Of a stretch of DNA of 64,000 bases, positions 10,613-25,123 are shown piece after piece (the stretch's first letter is position 1; each line of letters starts with the position of its first letter). Position numbers and translations under genes: made by a program. Location: assembly GCA_016748015.1 (NCBI GenBank), contig JAAOMT010000786.1:437814-501813 (forward strand), read 5' to 3'. The notes under the pieces were generated by a model. It searched no databases. It worked only from the letters and a program-made list of their open reading frames with translations, and was not told the origin of the DNA. This DNA comes from Geosiphon pyriformis uo1. Taxonomy: Eukaryota > Fungi > Glomeromycota.

Positions 10613-12079
10613 ATGGTTTCTTGAGTGTGAAGTCAGTATTAAAAAACAATATGAAACTGTTTTGTGTGGAGTTTGCTTCTCAAGTGTCTTTGAAAGCTGT
10701 ATTTTTAGTTGAGCTTACAAGCTTTGTATATTTGGCCATCCTCAAAATTGCCAAGTTTTTGGTGGTTTTTGAGTCTGGTTCTCTTTCTGCTGCTGTTGTG
10801 CTGTATGATGTGTCCTTGGATGTGTCTGCTGCTGACATTAAGACAGCTCTTAGTGTATTTGGTAATGTCACTTGTGTTGTGCTAAAGCCTGTTGGTGTTT
10901 GGCAATATGTGGTAGTTTATTTTGCAAAGTTAGACTTTGCTGTATCTACTTTGAATTATTAATTAGTCTTGGTGGACAAGAATAGTATTAGAATCCTCCC
11001 TCTGGTGAATCAAAATGAGACTATTCTGTTTCATGATAGATTTAAAGCCAAATTGGTTAATCTTTCTTCTGGCTGTATTGCCTTTGAGATTAGTAATATG
11101 ATCTTTCAAGTTGGTGGTCAGACATGTTTTATTCCTTGGTCTCTTGATTCTGGTCATTATTTCCAGTTTGCTCTGGTTATGTTTGGGTCTTAGGCTGATT
11201 TAGATTCTACAATCACCAAAACTACTATGTTGAAAAAATGTTGTATTTGGTGAGAAACTCCTGATTATTAGCATTGTTTTAGGTGTCAAGAGATAAACTA
11301 TCTGGTTGTAAACTGTAAGATTTCTCCACTTCTTTTTTCCAAGACTCTTAAGTTGTTTAAATCACATTTTGTGAGTTCTGTATTATATGCAAAGATCTTT
11401 TCTCCTCTTAAGTCTTCTGAGTTTTCTTTGTTGGTTGCTTCTGCTTCTTTTTCTGTGTTTGTTGATAATTTTTTATTGTCCTTTTGGTTGATCTCTTTGA
11501 AATCTGATTTGACCAAACTTTTTGTTCTGGTGGAGTCTATTGTTAAATTTGTTGGTTTTTTGGTCAAAGTATTTGAACAATTTATTAATAGGAATTTGGT
11601 TTCAAATAGTAAACTTGGCCTTAAAGTCAATGAAGTTTTAGTGCATATGAGTTTTTTTAGTAAGATAGTTGGTAAGTTGAAAAGAAAAGTAGTTTCTTTA
11701 AAGAAAGAATGCTGTATAGAAAACATTGATATGTCTGATAATTTAGAGCTTTTATTTATTATAAATAATAAGGTGTTTTCCAATTTAATGTCCCTTTGAG
11801 AGCATAAGTCTGTTGATATTAAAACTGATTTCTTTAAAACTGCTAAGTGGCTGGTTGGATTGGTTTCTTGCAGTACAACTTTGTTTTCTGTCATTCAAAA
11901 AATGTTATCTTTGGGTAAGTTTTCTTCTGTAGCATTAGCGTAATGTGTTTTTAACTGGTCTGAGTGACTGGTTATGTGTAAAAAGTACATAATTAGTACC
12001 TAGTTTAGATTATTTAGTTTGATGTATTGTTTTAGGTAGCTTTTGGGCCTTACTCATTAAACTTTTAAAAAAAAAAAAA
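10613..12079 (+). mobile_element. Degenerate LINE-like ORF1 element (RRM-like + CCHC + coiled coil) ending in a poly(A) tail, with no ORF2
   Basis: RRM-like segments (DIKTALSVFGNVT..YVVVYF; KAKLVNLSSG..FALVMF), decayed knuckle CFRCQEINYLVVNC (~11275-11316), stop at 11941-11943, ATTAAA then A13 at 12067-12079. Confidence 0.6.
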
Positions 12080-13779
12080 TTTAAAAAACAATGTTAAGTT
12101 GTTTTGTATAAACTTTACTTTTAAATTTTTCTTAACTACTATTATTAAAATTGTTTGTAATTTTTTTTTCTTAATTATGTTAAAGATTGTAAAATTTTAA
12201 ATAATAATTTTTGGGTTTTTTTTCTTATTTTTATTGTATTTTATAAATTTTTTTTAACATATTTTTTAATAAATCAAAAATATTTTTACTGTTTTTAATT
12301 TTATTATTTTAATTAAATTAAAGCTTATTGATTTATGACAATATACTATTGTTTATTTTAAAAACTAGTATTTTATATAAATATTATATTTGATAAAAAA
12401 CTTTTAAATATTATTATTGCTACAAATATTAAAGTTTAAATTATTTATTTAATAATTATAAAATTTTATTATTTTTTTTAAGTTATTTATAAAATTTGCT
12501 GTTGGTTTTAAGATTTTTGTGTTATTTTTTATTGATAAAAAATTTTATGTTAAGACTTTTGTTTTTTTTTGTTTTTTTCTTACTGCTTATATAACTGTTT
12601 TTGTTATTAATTTCATAATTAAATTAAGATTAAATTTTTTAAAATTTAAAATTTAAAATTTGGTTTCTTTAATTAAGTTTATTGTTAAATTTATTGGTTT
12701 ATTAATTGTATTAGTTATTATTTTTTTGAATACTTTTTTTGTTTTGCATATAAAACTTAAAGATATGATCTGTGTTGTTTAAAATAAAATATCTGTTCTT
12801 ATTAAAACTGTAAATTGGTTTTTATTAAATATAATAATAGTTAAGATTAAGTGCAATTTTAATACTAATTATATAAATAGATATAATATTAATCTATTTA
12901 ATAATAAACTTTATATTAAATTAATTATTCTTTAAAAATATTAACTTAATAATATTAAATCTAATATAAATGTAATTATTGTTTAATTAAATAATAATAA
13001 TAAAAAGAATAATAATATATTAATTATTATTATAAATAAAATATTTTCTTAAAACAAACTTTTTTTTATAATTTTAGTATAGTTTATTTAAACAAAACTT
13101 ATGATTAATTATATGAAAAAAATCTATAAATTATATTTAATTTAAATTATTTAGTTTAATATATTGTAAATAAGTGTTTTTTTAAGTATTAGATTATTAA
13201 TCATAAAAATTATTTGATAAGAGTAAAATTAAACTTGTTTTTAACTTAATTTATTTGTTTTTTTTTGTTTTTAATGTTTTTGGTATATATATATAAATTT
13301 TTATAATATAAAATTCTTAAAATTTTTACAATTTTTTGGAATTATTATTATTATTTTTTTATTAACGTTTTATAAGTGTATTTATTATTGAAATTTTTAA
13401 TATTTTTAATATTATATGTTTTGATAATTTATATTATGTTATTGGTTATTTTATATTATTTTTTATTTTTTATTTTTTATTATTTTTTATTATTTTTATT
13501 TTACAAATAAATAAAATAGTTATTAATAATAGTATTTTATTTATATTTACATATAAAATGTTTTCTTAGAATAATTTTTTTTTAAATTTAATGTAATTTA
13601 ATCTAAATTAAATTTGTATTTAATTATATATAAAAACCATATAAATTATATTTAATTTAATTTACTTAATTTAAAAAATAAATAAAATAACTTTTTTTTT
13701 TCTTATGTTTCAAATTTCTCAAAGAGCAAATTTTTAAAAAAAAAGTTTTTATTTTTTTATATTATTTTTTTATAAACAT

Positions 13780-14622
13780 TATTATGCATAAAATATAAAA
13801 AATATATTAGCATATAAATTAGCCAATCAGAAATAGTCATAATAAATGTGGAATTCCAGGATTTCTCTCAAGAGAAATTGCAGAATTCCAGGAATTTCAA
13901 GATTCTCATATAAAGAATTGTAGGATTTCAGAATTTCAAGATTTTTTCCAAAAAAAATTACAGAATTTCAGAAATTTCAGAATTTCTGGTGTGAAGAATC
14001 AAGAAATTAAGGAATCTTAATTATGTATATATAATGGTAGCATTAGAAAAAAAAAACAGATCTCTCAGTTTAGATTTAATCTAAGCAACTTTCTATTCAC
14101 AAATATCAATAAATAATTATTCACTATTTCAATCCACTCTCTACTATCAACATGAAGTGTTAATAGTAATTGATACTTAACTACACTGAAACAATAGCTC
14201 TTAATTATGACTATTAATGGAATACTAACATTTATTGCTTTGGCTTATTCTTTTAATCTCTTTTATTTTCTGTTATTTTCTCTTGTTATTTCTTTTGTTT
14301 GATTAAAAAAATTCATGCACAGAGATATTGACATCAGAATATAGCACTGGTAAAAGACCCAGGAATAAGAGTAGACACTTATAATTGAGAATATCTTACC
14401 AAAAGAATTACTGGCCATTATGTTGAGAAAGAAATTGACAAAACTGCGATTTTGGGAAGCTATAGATAAAACCATCAATTAAATCTCTGTTCATTATACA
14501 AAGAACTTTATCAAAATTTTCAGATACAAACAATCTACAAATATCACCAACAAGAACAACTGCTAAGCACCAAGTTACAGATTTGTTATTTGATTTGAGA
14601 CCCCAAATAATCATTTGTAACA
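13780..14622 (+). repeat. 5' LTR of A2
   Basis: Decayed start TATTATGCAT (from TGTTAC..), AGCCAATCAG, GGAATTCC array, ends TGTAACA before the PBS. Confidence 0.88.
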
Positions 14623-14624
14623 TT

Positions 14625-14642
14625 TGGTGCTCCCTGTAAGGT
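14625..14642 (+). promoter_or_regulatory. Primer-binding site of family A (consensus TGGTGCTCCCTGTGAGGT)
   Basis: Starts with TGG 2 nt after the LTR end. Same motif at ~9725-9742 (-) and ~43864-43881 (-). Complementary to a tRNA ending ...CCUCACAGGGAGCACCA (elongator Met or Ile-UAU type; identity not proven). Confidence 0.8.
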
Positions 14643-14687
14643 ATAATCCTACAGAAAACCAGCATCAACAAACACCCATCTGAAACA

Positions 14688-17600
14688 ATGGCAGAATCCG
14701 AAGAAACAGGAACAAACCATTTGGGATTTGCAAAATCCTTATTCCAATACTATCACACCCATTTCGGATTAACAAATAATAATTGGCCAATAAAATCAGC
14801 TTTTAACTGCTATGTTAATAAAAGAATTGTATATTATTTAGGAGGCCAAGGAGATCTAGAATTTGCCTTCAACAATTTCTTTAGTGAACTATTCCAAAGT
14901 ACCATCCTTTCACAAAATTACTTATTTGCATCTTTAATCACAAAAATAAACAGGGAAATTAAAAAATACACTAAGCAAAGATTTCCTATCACTTTTGCTA
15001 ACAAAAAAAAAAAAAGATTACAAACACCAGTAGGAACACCAAAACAAATTTAACCATCCACTTGGAAGAAACAAAAATTTGATTCACTTGCTAATTCATT
15101 ATATTACCACACACCCAGTAGCATCATCAATATAATAAACACAGCTACAACAAGCATAACAATGCCACTAAACAGAATCTTATTCCAAAGTAAACAAAAA
15201 AAAACAGAGTTATTGAGAACATATGGTAACTATTTTGAGGAATTTAAATCACAATTCTCAATACTATCAGGAATTCAATCATTATCACCACAACCAAATT
15301 TCGGAGCTGTTAGTCCTTGAGAAGTAACTGACTCCAAAAAAAAAGAAAACAGCAATCAAGAAATTAGCAAGCAAAACCTGATTCTAGAAAATTTAGAAAT
15401 TGAAACTCCAGTTAATCAAACTCCAGAAAACCAGAACAATACAAATCCTGACATTATTAATCAGGAAAACTTACCTCTAGTAATCATGATTAATCTACCA
15501 CCAGCCCCACCAATCAATGAACAGCAACAACAACAGTCACAACTACCACCCAAGCAACAACTACAACAACAACTATAATCACAACAACAACTACTATTAG
15601 TACCAATGGCATATGCACTTATTGCCAAAATTGAAAAATTCACTGACAAAGAGGACAATGCCCAAGTGTGGCTAAACAATATGGAAAAAGCCATTGCAGC
15701 CAATGGATGGAATGACACCAGAGCCATACAAGCCATCCCCTATTTTCTCCAGAATATTGCCAATTCTTGGTATTAAAGCTTGGCCAACAAACCTCTGAAT
15801 TTTAATGCATTCAAGCTTGTATTCTTACAATATTTCAGTAATAATAATAGTATTAATTGTCTAACAAATACCTTCACCACCATCAAACAAGAAGAAAATA
15901 AAGCAGTTACTATTTACCTAAGACACTTCCATAGAAATCTGCACCAAATTCAGGCAATCAAAGCCAACTATTTCACAGTGCCACAAATTCTAAATCAATT
16001 CATTAGAGGTCTACACAGTAATATCTTCTAACGTGTATATCCAATGTATCCAGTAGACTTTCAAGCTGTAATTACAAGTGCCAGAAATTTTGAAGCCACT
16101 GAATTAAAAACCAACCATGCCCAAGCCATAAATCTAGTAATGAACAGATTATCTAACTTGGATTCCAAATTGAAACAACTTAGTGATTCAATTAATCAGA
16201 AATTAGAAGGGTACTTAGCTGACAATCATGCAATTTATTAGCCACCCCAATGATGCAATAATTCCAGAAACATAAATTGCTTTCAAAATTAGTCGCATCC
16301 TTCATTATTATCCAATTAGCCATGGCAACAAGAAACACATATCTGTCACAATTATGATAAACAAGACTATTTGAGAATTGACTGTCATTTTTATAATAAT
16401 AACTTATGATTGGGAAATCAATATTGAAACTCTGATTGCAGGTTTCAAACTCCAAATTAATACCCAAATCAGAATTAATACTTATCTTATTATACTCAAA
16501 TAACACAACAGCCAATTTATTAACTACTTATATATTAAGCTCTAATCTATTAGCCAACAACACCTGTCATTTATCAACCACAGCCCCAACCTATTTATTA
16601 GCTGCAGCCTCAAGTAATTTATCAACCCCAACAAAATTCAACACCACCACAAAACTTATCTTAAAACAGAACCCAAAGGCCAAAAATAATACAACAAAAC
16701 TGGAGATTAGTGATAGTAGTCCATCAACCAATTTCCAGTTCCTCAATCCAGACATCAAGATTTTGACAATAGAATTTGGGTGCCAAGTACACCCAAAACC
16801 TGAATACCCAATACTATTTAAGTCTTTTGGTTAACCCAGAAAATGCCTCATCCAACAACCAAGAATCCAACCAAAACAAACCACTTATCAGCAATATACC
16901 TTCAGCCATCATAACCAATAATGAGTCACTAGCAGCAATTTTTCCATTTGAATTGGAGAAACTGTCACAAACACCATTGTTCAATAGAGCCGTGCTTGAA
17001 GAAAAACTTATTACTGCCATGTACACTAATATTAAAGTCAATAGTCAGACCATAAAACTTATCTTAAATAGTGGATTAGCTGACAGCATCATCATAAGAC
17101 AACTCATGGACCAACTAGATCACCAAGTTGATTGAGCTGCCAATGCATGAATTATCATGACTGATAAAGCAACAAAAACTCCAATTAGCAAAATCAATGA
17201 CTTTCCCATTAAAGTCAATAGTATTACTGTATCAATCAAAGTATTAGTTATGGAAACCACTCAGTACTAAGCATTTGTTGGTAATAACTGGCTATCTAAA
17301 ACCAACATGGTACTTGATTGAACCACCTAGGAACTCCAGCTAAGCCAGAACGGCCAACATACGAGAGTACCAGCTGCCTGTGGCCATTTTAAATTAACCA
17401 CTACACAACCACTAATCAAGCTAAAAGAAAAGAAAATTAAATCCATCTGAAAAACTTATCAAGTTTCCTGGACTGACAATAATCACAACAAACTGCCACC
17501 AATATCTTTGTGGAATGACTAAGGAAAGGGAAAAAAAGAAAAAAACCTATCTGAAACACTAATTAAGTATTGTGGGCTAACAACAATCAAAGCAAGTTAC

Positions 17601-18462
17601 CACCAATTTAGATCTGAGAAGAGAAAAAAAAAGGGAAAGAAAAAGAAAACAAAAATACACAAGACCCCAACCTTGTATATATTTTCTATTTGGCACTACA
17701 ACCACAAACTAATTACTGTCAACCCAAGCTAGTATATGTTGATTGTGGCAAGAAATTGTCATCGATGGGTGCATGCTGTGGCAATAACAAAAAATACTCC
17801 ACAGCAACCAAATTTTATTGTTACTCATGTATCCTAGAATGCTTTAGATGACCCAAACAACAAGAAAAATAGGACAACAAACCATGTTTGATTTGTGGCA
17901 AAACACTATTAGATGAGAAAATATGAAATGACATTTCTGGACAAGAAGAAACATGTGACAAATCATGTCAATACACGATTTTAATAAGTAACTGGGTTAG
18001 AAAAGGGACACTAATAGAAGCCGTTTGGAGAAGAGCAATAAAACGTTTAGACAGTTGTCTACATGATAATGACAAAATATGGTGAATAACACCTGCCAAA
18101 ATTAAAGACGCATTACCAAAGAAAATCAGAATAGTGAAAAATAACCATTCAGAACCTATAGAACTCAACTGAAACCCAGAACCAATCATAAATCTCCTGA
18201 ATTCAGAACAATTCCATGAACACTATCAAAAATTAGCACTTATTAGAAAGGAACAAGAGCAATAGTTGGAAGAAATAAACACAAGACTATGTAACCATTG
18301 TTTAATCTTATGTAACTTTCAGTATTGCAATGAGTGTGACCTCATTTATAATCTACTACCATACATGATCTACACGATTCTAAAAAAAGAAGAACCAATC
18401 AGCAACTATGTATCAGAATTGGAATCAACTTTCAATTCCAATTCAAACTCTGACAACAATAA
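14688..18462 (+). pseudogene. A2 polyprotein 5' part (N-terminal domain, gag, knuckle, protease, Cys-rich)
   Basis: MAESEETGTNHLGFAKSLF..., gag fragments, LILNSG protease, LCNHCLILCNFQYCNEC; many premature stops. Confidence 0.9.
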
Positions 18463-19429
18463 TGTTATCAGTAAAATTTTAGCTATTAATTAGCACAAAA
18501 TTATCTTTATAATTCTTATTATTAATTAGCATACATTATTATTATTTTGATTATCACTTATTATTTAATCAAATTATCAAATATTATTACTCAATCAATA
18601 ATCTGATTTGTACTCTAGAAATTAAGATGATCAAATTACACAATATTCTGAACCATTTAACATAGTCAAAATTCGCCGAAATTAATGGAAATTGGCCGAA
18701 ATAATCAATAGTTTAGTGAAATAACTTGTAATTTGCCAAAATATATCTTTAGTTCACCTAAATTATAGCAAAGAGAAAAGTGCAAGTTCAAAGATTAGTA
18801 CTATAACAAGTTGTATAAAAAAAGAGCTTCTTTTTTCAAGAAAATGTATCTTCTCATAGTATCTTATCATAGTATCCTACTTTAAATATCTTAATTAAAA
18901 CAAATTATCTTTTACATATTTTAAATAAAAATTAAATATTTGAAATTCAAATTCTTTGATTATTGTACTTAAAAATTCTCTCAACACAATTAACATTTTG
19001 AAATTGATTAACTACTAATTTCAATAAACTATTAGTGACTTCAAGTCTGGATAGAAAACGTTTTTCTTGATAAAATCTTATTTTTTTTACATTTTTTTTA
19101 TTTTTTTTTCTTATTACAAATCATTAGGGTAGCCTACAGATGAGATTTTTGTAGAAGAGTTAACTTTCACAGCAAAGTAACTACACATTTTTAGTGAGCT
19201 TCCAGATGAGCAATTCCTGGAAAAGAGTTGACATTTACTACAATGTAACTACACAAGCAACTGGCATAGAATTGGCTATTTTACTTATAAGTCCAGCAGT
19301 TCAAATTATAGGAGATAATTTGAAGATAAATTCAGTTACTAAAAGTCCACCTACTTCTTGGAAATGGGAATTCACAGCAAATAAACATTGACAACATTCA
19401 AAAAAAGAGACCAAAAACCTCCAGTAACA
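18463..19429 (+). repeat. 5' LTR of B1
   Basis: TGTTATCAG...CCAGTAACA, direct repeat of 27362-28334. Confidence 0.95.
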
Positions 19430-19477
19430 TTTGGTGATCTCCCACAGAAATAACACAGTAACAACAAATTCAAAATA

Positions 19478-22400
19478 GTGACTACACCAGACACAACAAC
19501 TTTAGAGTATTATCAGTCAATTTACATCCATTGCAAGCAGAGATTCAACATTCCAGATCGAATTGAAATTGTTAAAAGAACACTTTACCAATACATTAAA
19601 AACTGTATCAACAATTATTTTCTTGGAGATTACAACATTTCAAAAGTTAGAAGCAATCTTTACAATAATTTAGTGCACTATTTACAGTTGAGAACTGAAG
19701 ACCTTAACAGTGAAACACTTGCCACCTACTTCCAAGAACTTAATTTTAACATTATCAAGTATTGTGAAAAAACATATCCAGTACAGTCTCAATACTCTAT
19801 TAACTTTGAATCAGAGACAGAAACAAGCAACAAAGACAAACAAAAATGAAAATAGCACTCAAATATTATCTTAAATACTCCAAAAACACTGAAAACAACT
19901 ACCAAACACTTACAAACACCTGAACAAGAAACCAGTGTCAAATTACCATTTTCTATTACACTATTTCCAATTTCACTTGCTCAATTACAAACACCAAATT
20001 CACCACTTAACCATTTCTTCAGACCAGAAAATTTTTAGTCACCTAAAAATCCTACTTAACAGCAGGAACCCATATCAACAAGCACCAATATTATTGATTA
20101 CTTACAGAAAAACGAAAGTAATCACTCAGAAAACTTGGAAAGTGAAGTAACTAAATCAGAACAAGAAAAAACTACAGAAAACAAAAAAGAAATAGTAATG
20201 GCTTACATTGCAAAAATTCCAGAATTTACTAGTAAAAATAATAATACTAGTCCTCAAGAATGACTTGATAAAGTTCAGAAAGCAGAAAATACAAATGATT
20301 GGAATGCAGTAAAAATGCTTAAAGCAATTCCATACTTTTTCCAAAGAATTGCAGAAGAATGATTTGAAAACTTAGAAGAACCATTTGAAAACTGGCAAAC
20401 ATTCAAAGATGCTTTCTAACAACAATTCACTGACAACAACACTTTTATCACTCTTCATAATCACTTTTGCAATATCAAACAAGAAACATCTGAAACTATT
20501 ATGACCTATCTTAGAAGATTTAACAAATTTTTTCAACAAATTTGACAATTGAAAACCAATGAATACTATTCTGATGCCCAGATTTTGAATCAGTTTATAG
20601 CAGGATTAAAAGACAAACTTATTAAGAAAGTTCATCCACATGCTCCAGAAGACTTAGCAACTGCCATTAGACATGCAAAAAATTATGAAATGACAATAGA
20701 AGAAGCAAACCACATTAAACTTGTCAATCTAGCTATTAGAAAAACCAGCTTAGCAGCTGAAGAAAAAATAGACCAACTCATAAAAAAAGTTGAAAGCTAC
20801 TTTACAAACCAACAACCACAAAGATACTAATTCTCACAATAATGCAAACAAAACAACTTTAAATTACTATTTAACAACCAACCTCAAAATTGCCATTACT
20901 GTAGAATCTCAGAGCACTCGAAATGAGATTGTAGGAAATTGCAGAGAAACCAACAAAACAGGAGTAATCAATGTTACTCTTTATCATAACAATTTTATTA
21001 CCAATCTCCACCACCAACTTATTATTTACCAAGACCACAAAATCAAAACAGTTACTATCAACCAGCTCTACAACCAATGCAGCAACAATATTAGCAACCT
21101 TTACCAATTCAGCAATATTAGATACCACCCACTCAAAAATATCAAGTACCAGCCAGAAGATTGGTTCAACATAACTAATTCACATCCCAAAATCAATTTC
21201 AAAATAACAACAACAGAATTAACCCAAATAACCAGTTGGTTTCTTGAAATTCTGGTCAACAAAGACCCAATTACTATTACACTCAATTCAGTTATCTTAC
21301 AATGCCTGAAGGATCGGATTTTCAACAACCTGCACTTTCTGAAGGTAAAGTTGCAGCACCAAAATCAAATTCTTCCAACAATATTATTCTACCAGCTCAA
21401 ATTGCCCAAAATGCCAATTTTTTAGATATATTTCCATTCGAATTTGAAGCAAATAAATCACCATCCTTGTTTAGCAACACAGCAGTTAATGAGCAAAAAG
21501 CTATCACTGCCATATACATTGAAGCTACAGTAAAAGGAAAGCCCATTTAATTAATTCTAGACAGTGAATCCACTGGAAGTATTATCACTTACCAATTAAT
21601 GCAACAGCTTTAAAGAACTGTGAACAGACCAGCCCAAACTGTAATTGTTACAGCAGATGGTATGAAAAAGACACCAGTAAAAGAAATTGACAATTTCCCA
21701 TTCACCATTAATGGAATTACCATTTCAGTCAAAGTTCTAGTCATAGATGCACTCCAATACTAAGCTTTCATTGGAAATAATTGGCTTCTTAAGACCAATG
21801 CAAAGTTAGATTGGGAAACTCAAAAACTTAAAATTTTATACCAAGGACAATACACCATAGTACCTGCTACTTGTGGCACTTTTAACAAACAATCAAAAAA
21901 AGCCCTAGTGTTTGAATTTGAGAAGAAGAAAAAAATGCTACTTACTGAAACTTATATGGCACTTGGATTAACATCCAATTGGGCTAATAAAACAGAACAA
22001 AAGATTTTTGAAGAATCAAAAGGATGGAAGAAAGTTAGGTATTTCACACCAAAACTACGAAAAGAACCACTATATATCCCACTAAGATGCAAAGATTGCA
22101 AGAAAAAGCTTTTATTAATGGGAGCATGTATTTCTCCAGAAGAAAAATATAAAACTCACACCTACTACTTTTGCAAAGCATGCCATAGAGAATGATTTGG
22201 ATATTTCAAAAGAAGTGGAAAATGGAACAACACTTCTTGTTTCACATGTGGAAATATGCTACCAGAAGAATACAACTGAATTAATGTTGCAATAAAAGGA
22301 GAAGTATGTGATCAAACCTGTTAATATGCTCTATTAATTTCAGAAAAAGTCAGAAAAAAAACACCATTTGATGCAGCATACAACAGTGCTCTTAATAAAC

Positions 22401-25067
22401 TTTACCACTACTCTCATAATACTGAAATGATTTTTGACTTAGCAATGACATTAATCAATAGAGCCACCCAAGAAGATGTCTGCCAAATGAAAGAAGCTGA
22501 ATACATTAAGTATACTATGAAATTAGCTAGATTTGATTATGAAAATGAAGTAGAAACCTACCACCAAATTGCAAGTCATATATACTCAACCAAAAAAGCT
22601 CAAATTCAATAATTAGAGCAAATGAACATTCAATTATGTGAAGAATGTATTATGCCTTGTAATAACCAATAGTGTTTAGAATGCTATGCTCTTAGCATTC
22701 CTCTGCCAGATGAGAATAATAGAAATGAAATCGAATTTAGAACATCTGAACTGATAGAAGAACTATCAACCATCTTTATTTATCTTCTTAAAAATTAACT
22801 ACTCCTACAACTTAAATATTTTGACAATCATGGCCAAAAAATCAGACCAGAAAAAGCACACGAGATTGATACTAGATATGATCAAAGATATCCAGGAAAA
22901 GATATTTTGGTTCTCCAACCAAAGTTCTTAACAAAAATCAATCTCAAAATTACTCTTGAAATTTCACCTGGAGCAATGGTTTAAATTGTATTCAAATCAT
23001 CATTGACAAGCAAAAAAATCAATGTTAGAGAAGGAGTTATAGATGCAAGATATACTGGAGACATTATCATCATATTACAAAATAAAACAGACAAACCATT
23101 CAGGATTGAACATGTTGAAAAAATTGTCCAAGCAATTTACTTATCTTTAATCAACATTTTGGGTTTACAATCAGTAAACAACAGAGAACAATTGGAAAAA
23201 AATGAAAGAAGAACTCAAGATTTTGGTTTAACTGGACAATTTACAGTGCCAGTAAACATAGCTTTCAATATACAGAATGAATCTCACCAGATTTTTCAAC
23301 TTCCTTAACCAATTACCATTTTATCTTTTGGTGAACATCATGAAATTTACACTTGCTCAAAACCCACCACTATCTAACAAATCTTTGAATCCAATGAACA
23401 AATTTGTTTAAAGCATAAAATCTCAATCCCAAAGGAATAAAAAAATTTTGAGTTACATTTTACAATCTCAATAATTACCCTATTGTCCTATTAAATAAAT
23501 TAGAAATTGAAATCATACACAGCAACATTTTTTAAGATGAAAACTTTTAAATTGTCTTTAATTTTATCGAAATTATAAAACATACACTACTTCCAAATTC
23601 AGACATCATTTCTACTACTGAAAACTACCACCTTTTGGAAGAAAAACTCTTTCAAATTAACATGAGTCTCTTAGAATCTTAACAACAAAGACAATTGAAA
23701 CAACTGATAGCTGAATTTGCAGATATAATTGCAAGAAACAACAATGACCTTGGAAAAACTGATATTGTCTAACACCAGATCCATACAGGAGATGCTCTAC
23801 CAAAATAACAATAAGCTTATCAAATATTACCTATTAGCCACTAATTTATCAGAAAAGAAGTCCAAAAAATGCTCAATAATAGATTGATTCAACCATCAAG
23901 AAGTCCATGGGCCTTATCAGTAGTTTTAGTCAAAAAGAAAAACAGAAAATCAGATTCTGTGTTAATTATAAACAACTGAATAGTGTCATAATTAAAGATG
24001 TCTACCCTCTTCCAAGAATTAATGATATGCTAAATACTCTAAGAAAAGCCAAGTTTTTTTCAACTTTAGACTTAGAAAGCAGATACTGGCAAGTTAAAAT
24101 GAACCCAAAAGATTGACTCAAAACAGCATTTATTACTCAAGAAGGAAACTATGAGTTCAATGTTATGCCTTTTGGATTCTGCAATGCACCAGCAATATTC
24201 CAATGACTTATAGATATTGTATATGAAGAACTCTTATGACAATTAGTAATTGTCTATCTGAATAACACTGATATGTACTCACCAAGCTTTGAAGCTCATC
24301 TCATTTATTTGCAAAAAGTTTTTTAATAATTATAGAAAGCAGGATTAAAATTAAACATTAAGAAATATCACTTTGGAAAAACAAGTTTAATCTTTTTTGG
24401 ACACATTGTTAGCAAAGATAGAGTCCAACCAAACTCTGAAACAATTAATTTTGTTAAAAACTTTCAAACACCCAAAAATACCACAGAGTTATGAGGATTT
24501 GTAGAATTAGCCTCTTACTATCAAAAATTCATAAAAAGATTCTCAGAGATTGCCAAACCACTCAACTATCTTACCAACAAAAACGTGCCATATCAATGGA
24601 CTGAAGAACAACAAAAAGCTTTTGAAACTCTCAAAACAAAATTGACAACAGCCCCAGTTCTTGCTTACCCAAACTTTAACAAACAGTTTTAACTAGTCAC
24701 TAATGTTTTACACATAGCTTTTGGTGCCATTTTATCACAATTAGATAAAAATGACCAAGAACAAGTCATTGTCTATGCCAGTAAAACACTCAAGCCAACA
24801 GAACTCAAATATGGCTCAACTGAATTAGAAGCTGCTGCAGTTATTTGGGTTCTTAAATATTTTCAACAATATCTGAAGAATGAAAAAAAATTTGACATCA
24901 TAATTGACAATATTAGTCTCAAATGGCTCAATAAAAAGAAAACTGAACAAAGTGCCAAACAGTCTTAATGAAATAATTTTCTAGCAGACTACAAATATAT
25001 TATACACCACAAACCAGGAAAATTACACACCAATATGAATAGCCTCTCAAGAATAAAACAAGATTAA
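19478..25067 (+). pseudogene. B1 ORF1: N-term domain-gag-PR-Cys-rich-dUTPase-RT-RNase H (disrupted)
   Basis: Collinear fragments: gag QFIAGLKDKL, PR ILDSES, CKDCKKKL..YFCKAC, dUTPase ~22810-23240, RT FCVNY..STLDLESRYWQ, RH ending SLSRIKQD*. Confidence 0.9.
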
Positions 25068-25123
25068 CACCACCAACAAATTCACTACAACTTACCAATC
25101 TACCAATAAATAACAAAACAACA

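Noticed and set aside
19194-19391. ORF starting inside the family B LTR as a possible gag N-terminal extension
   Set aside because: Frame not conserved: the B2 LTR copies have extra bases near ACACAAAGCAAC giving an early stop, and the frame does not join gag in B1
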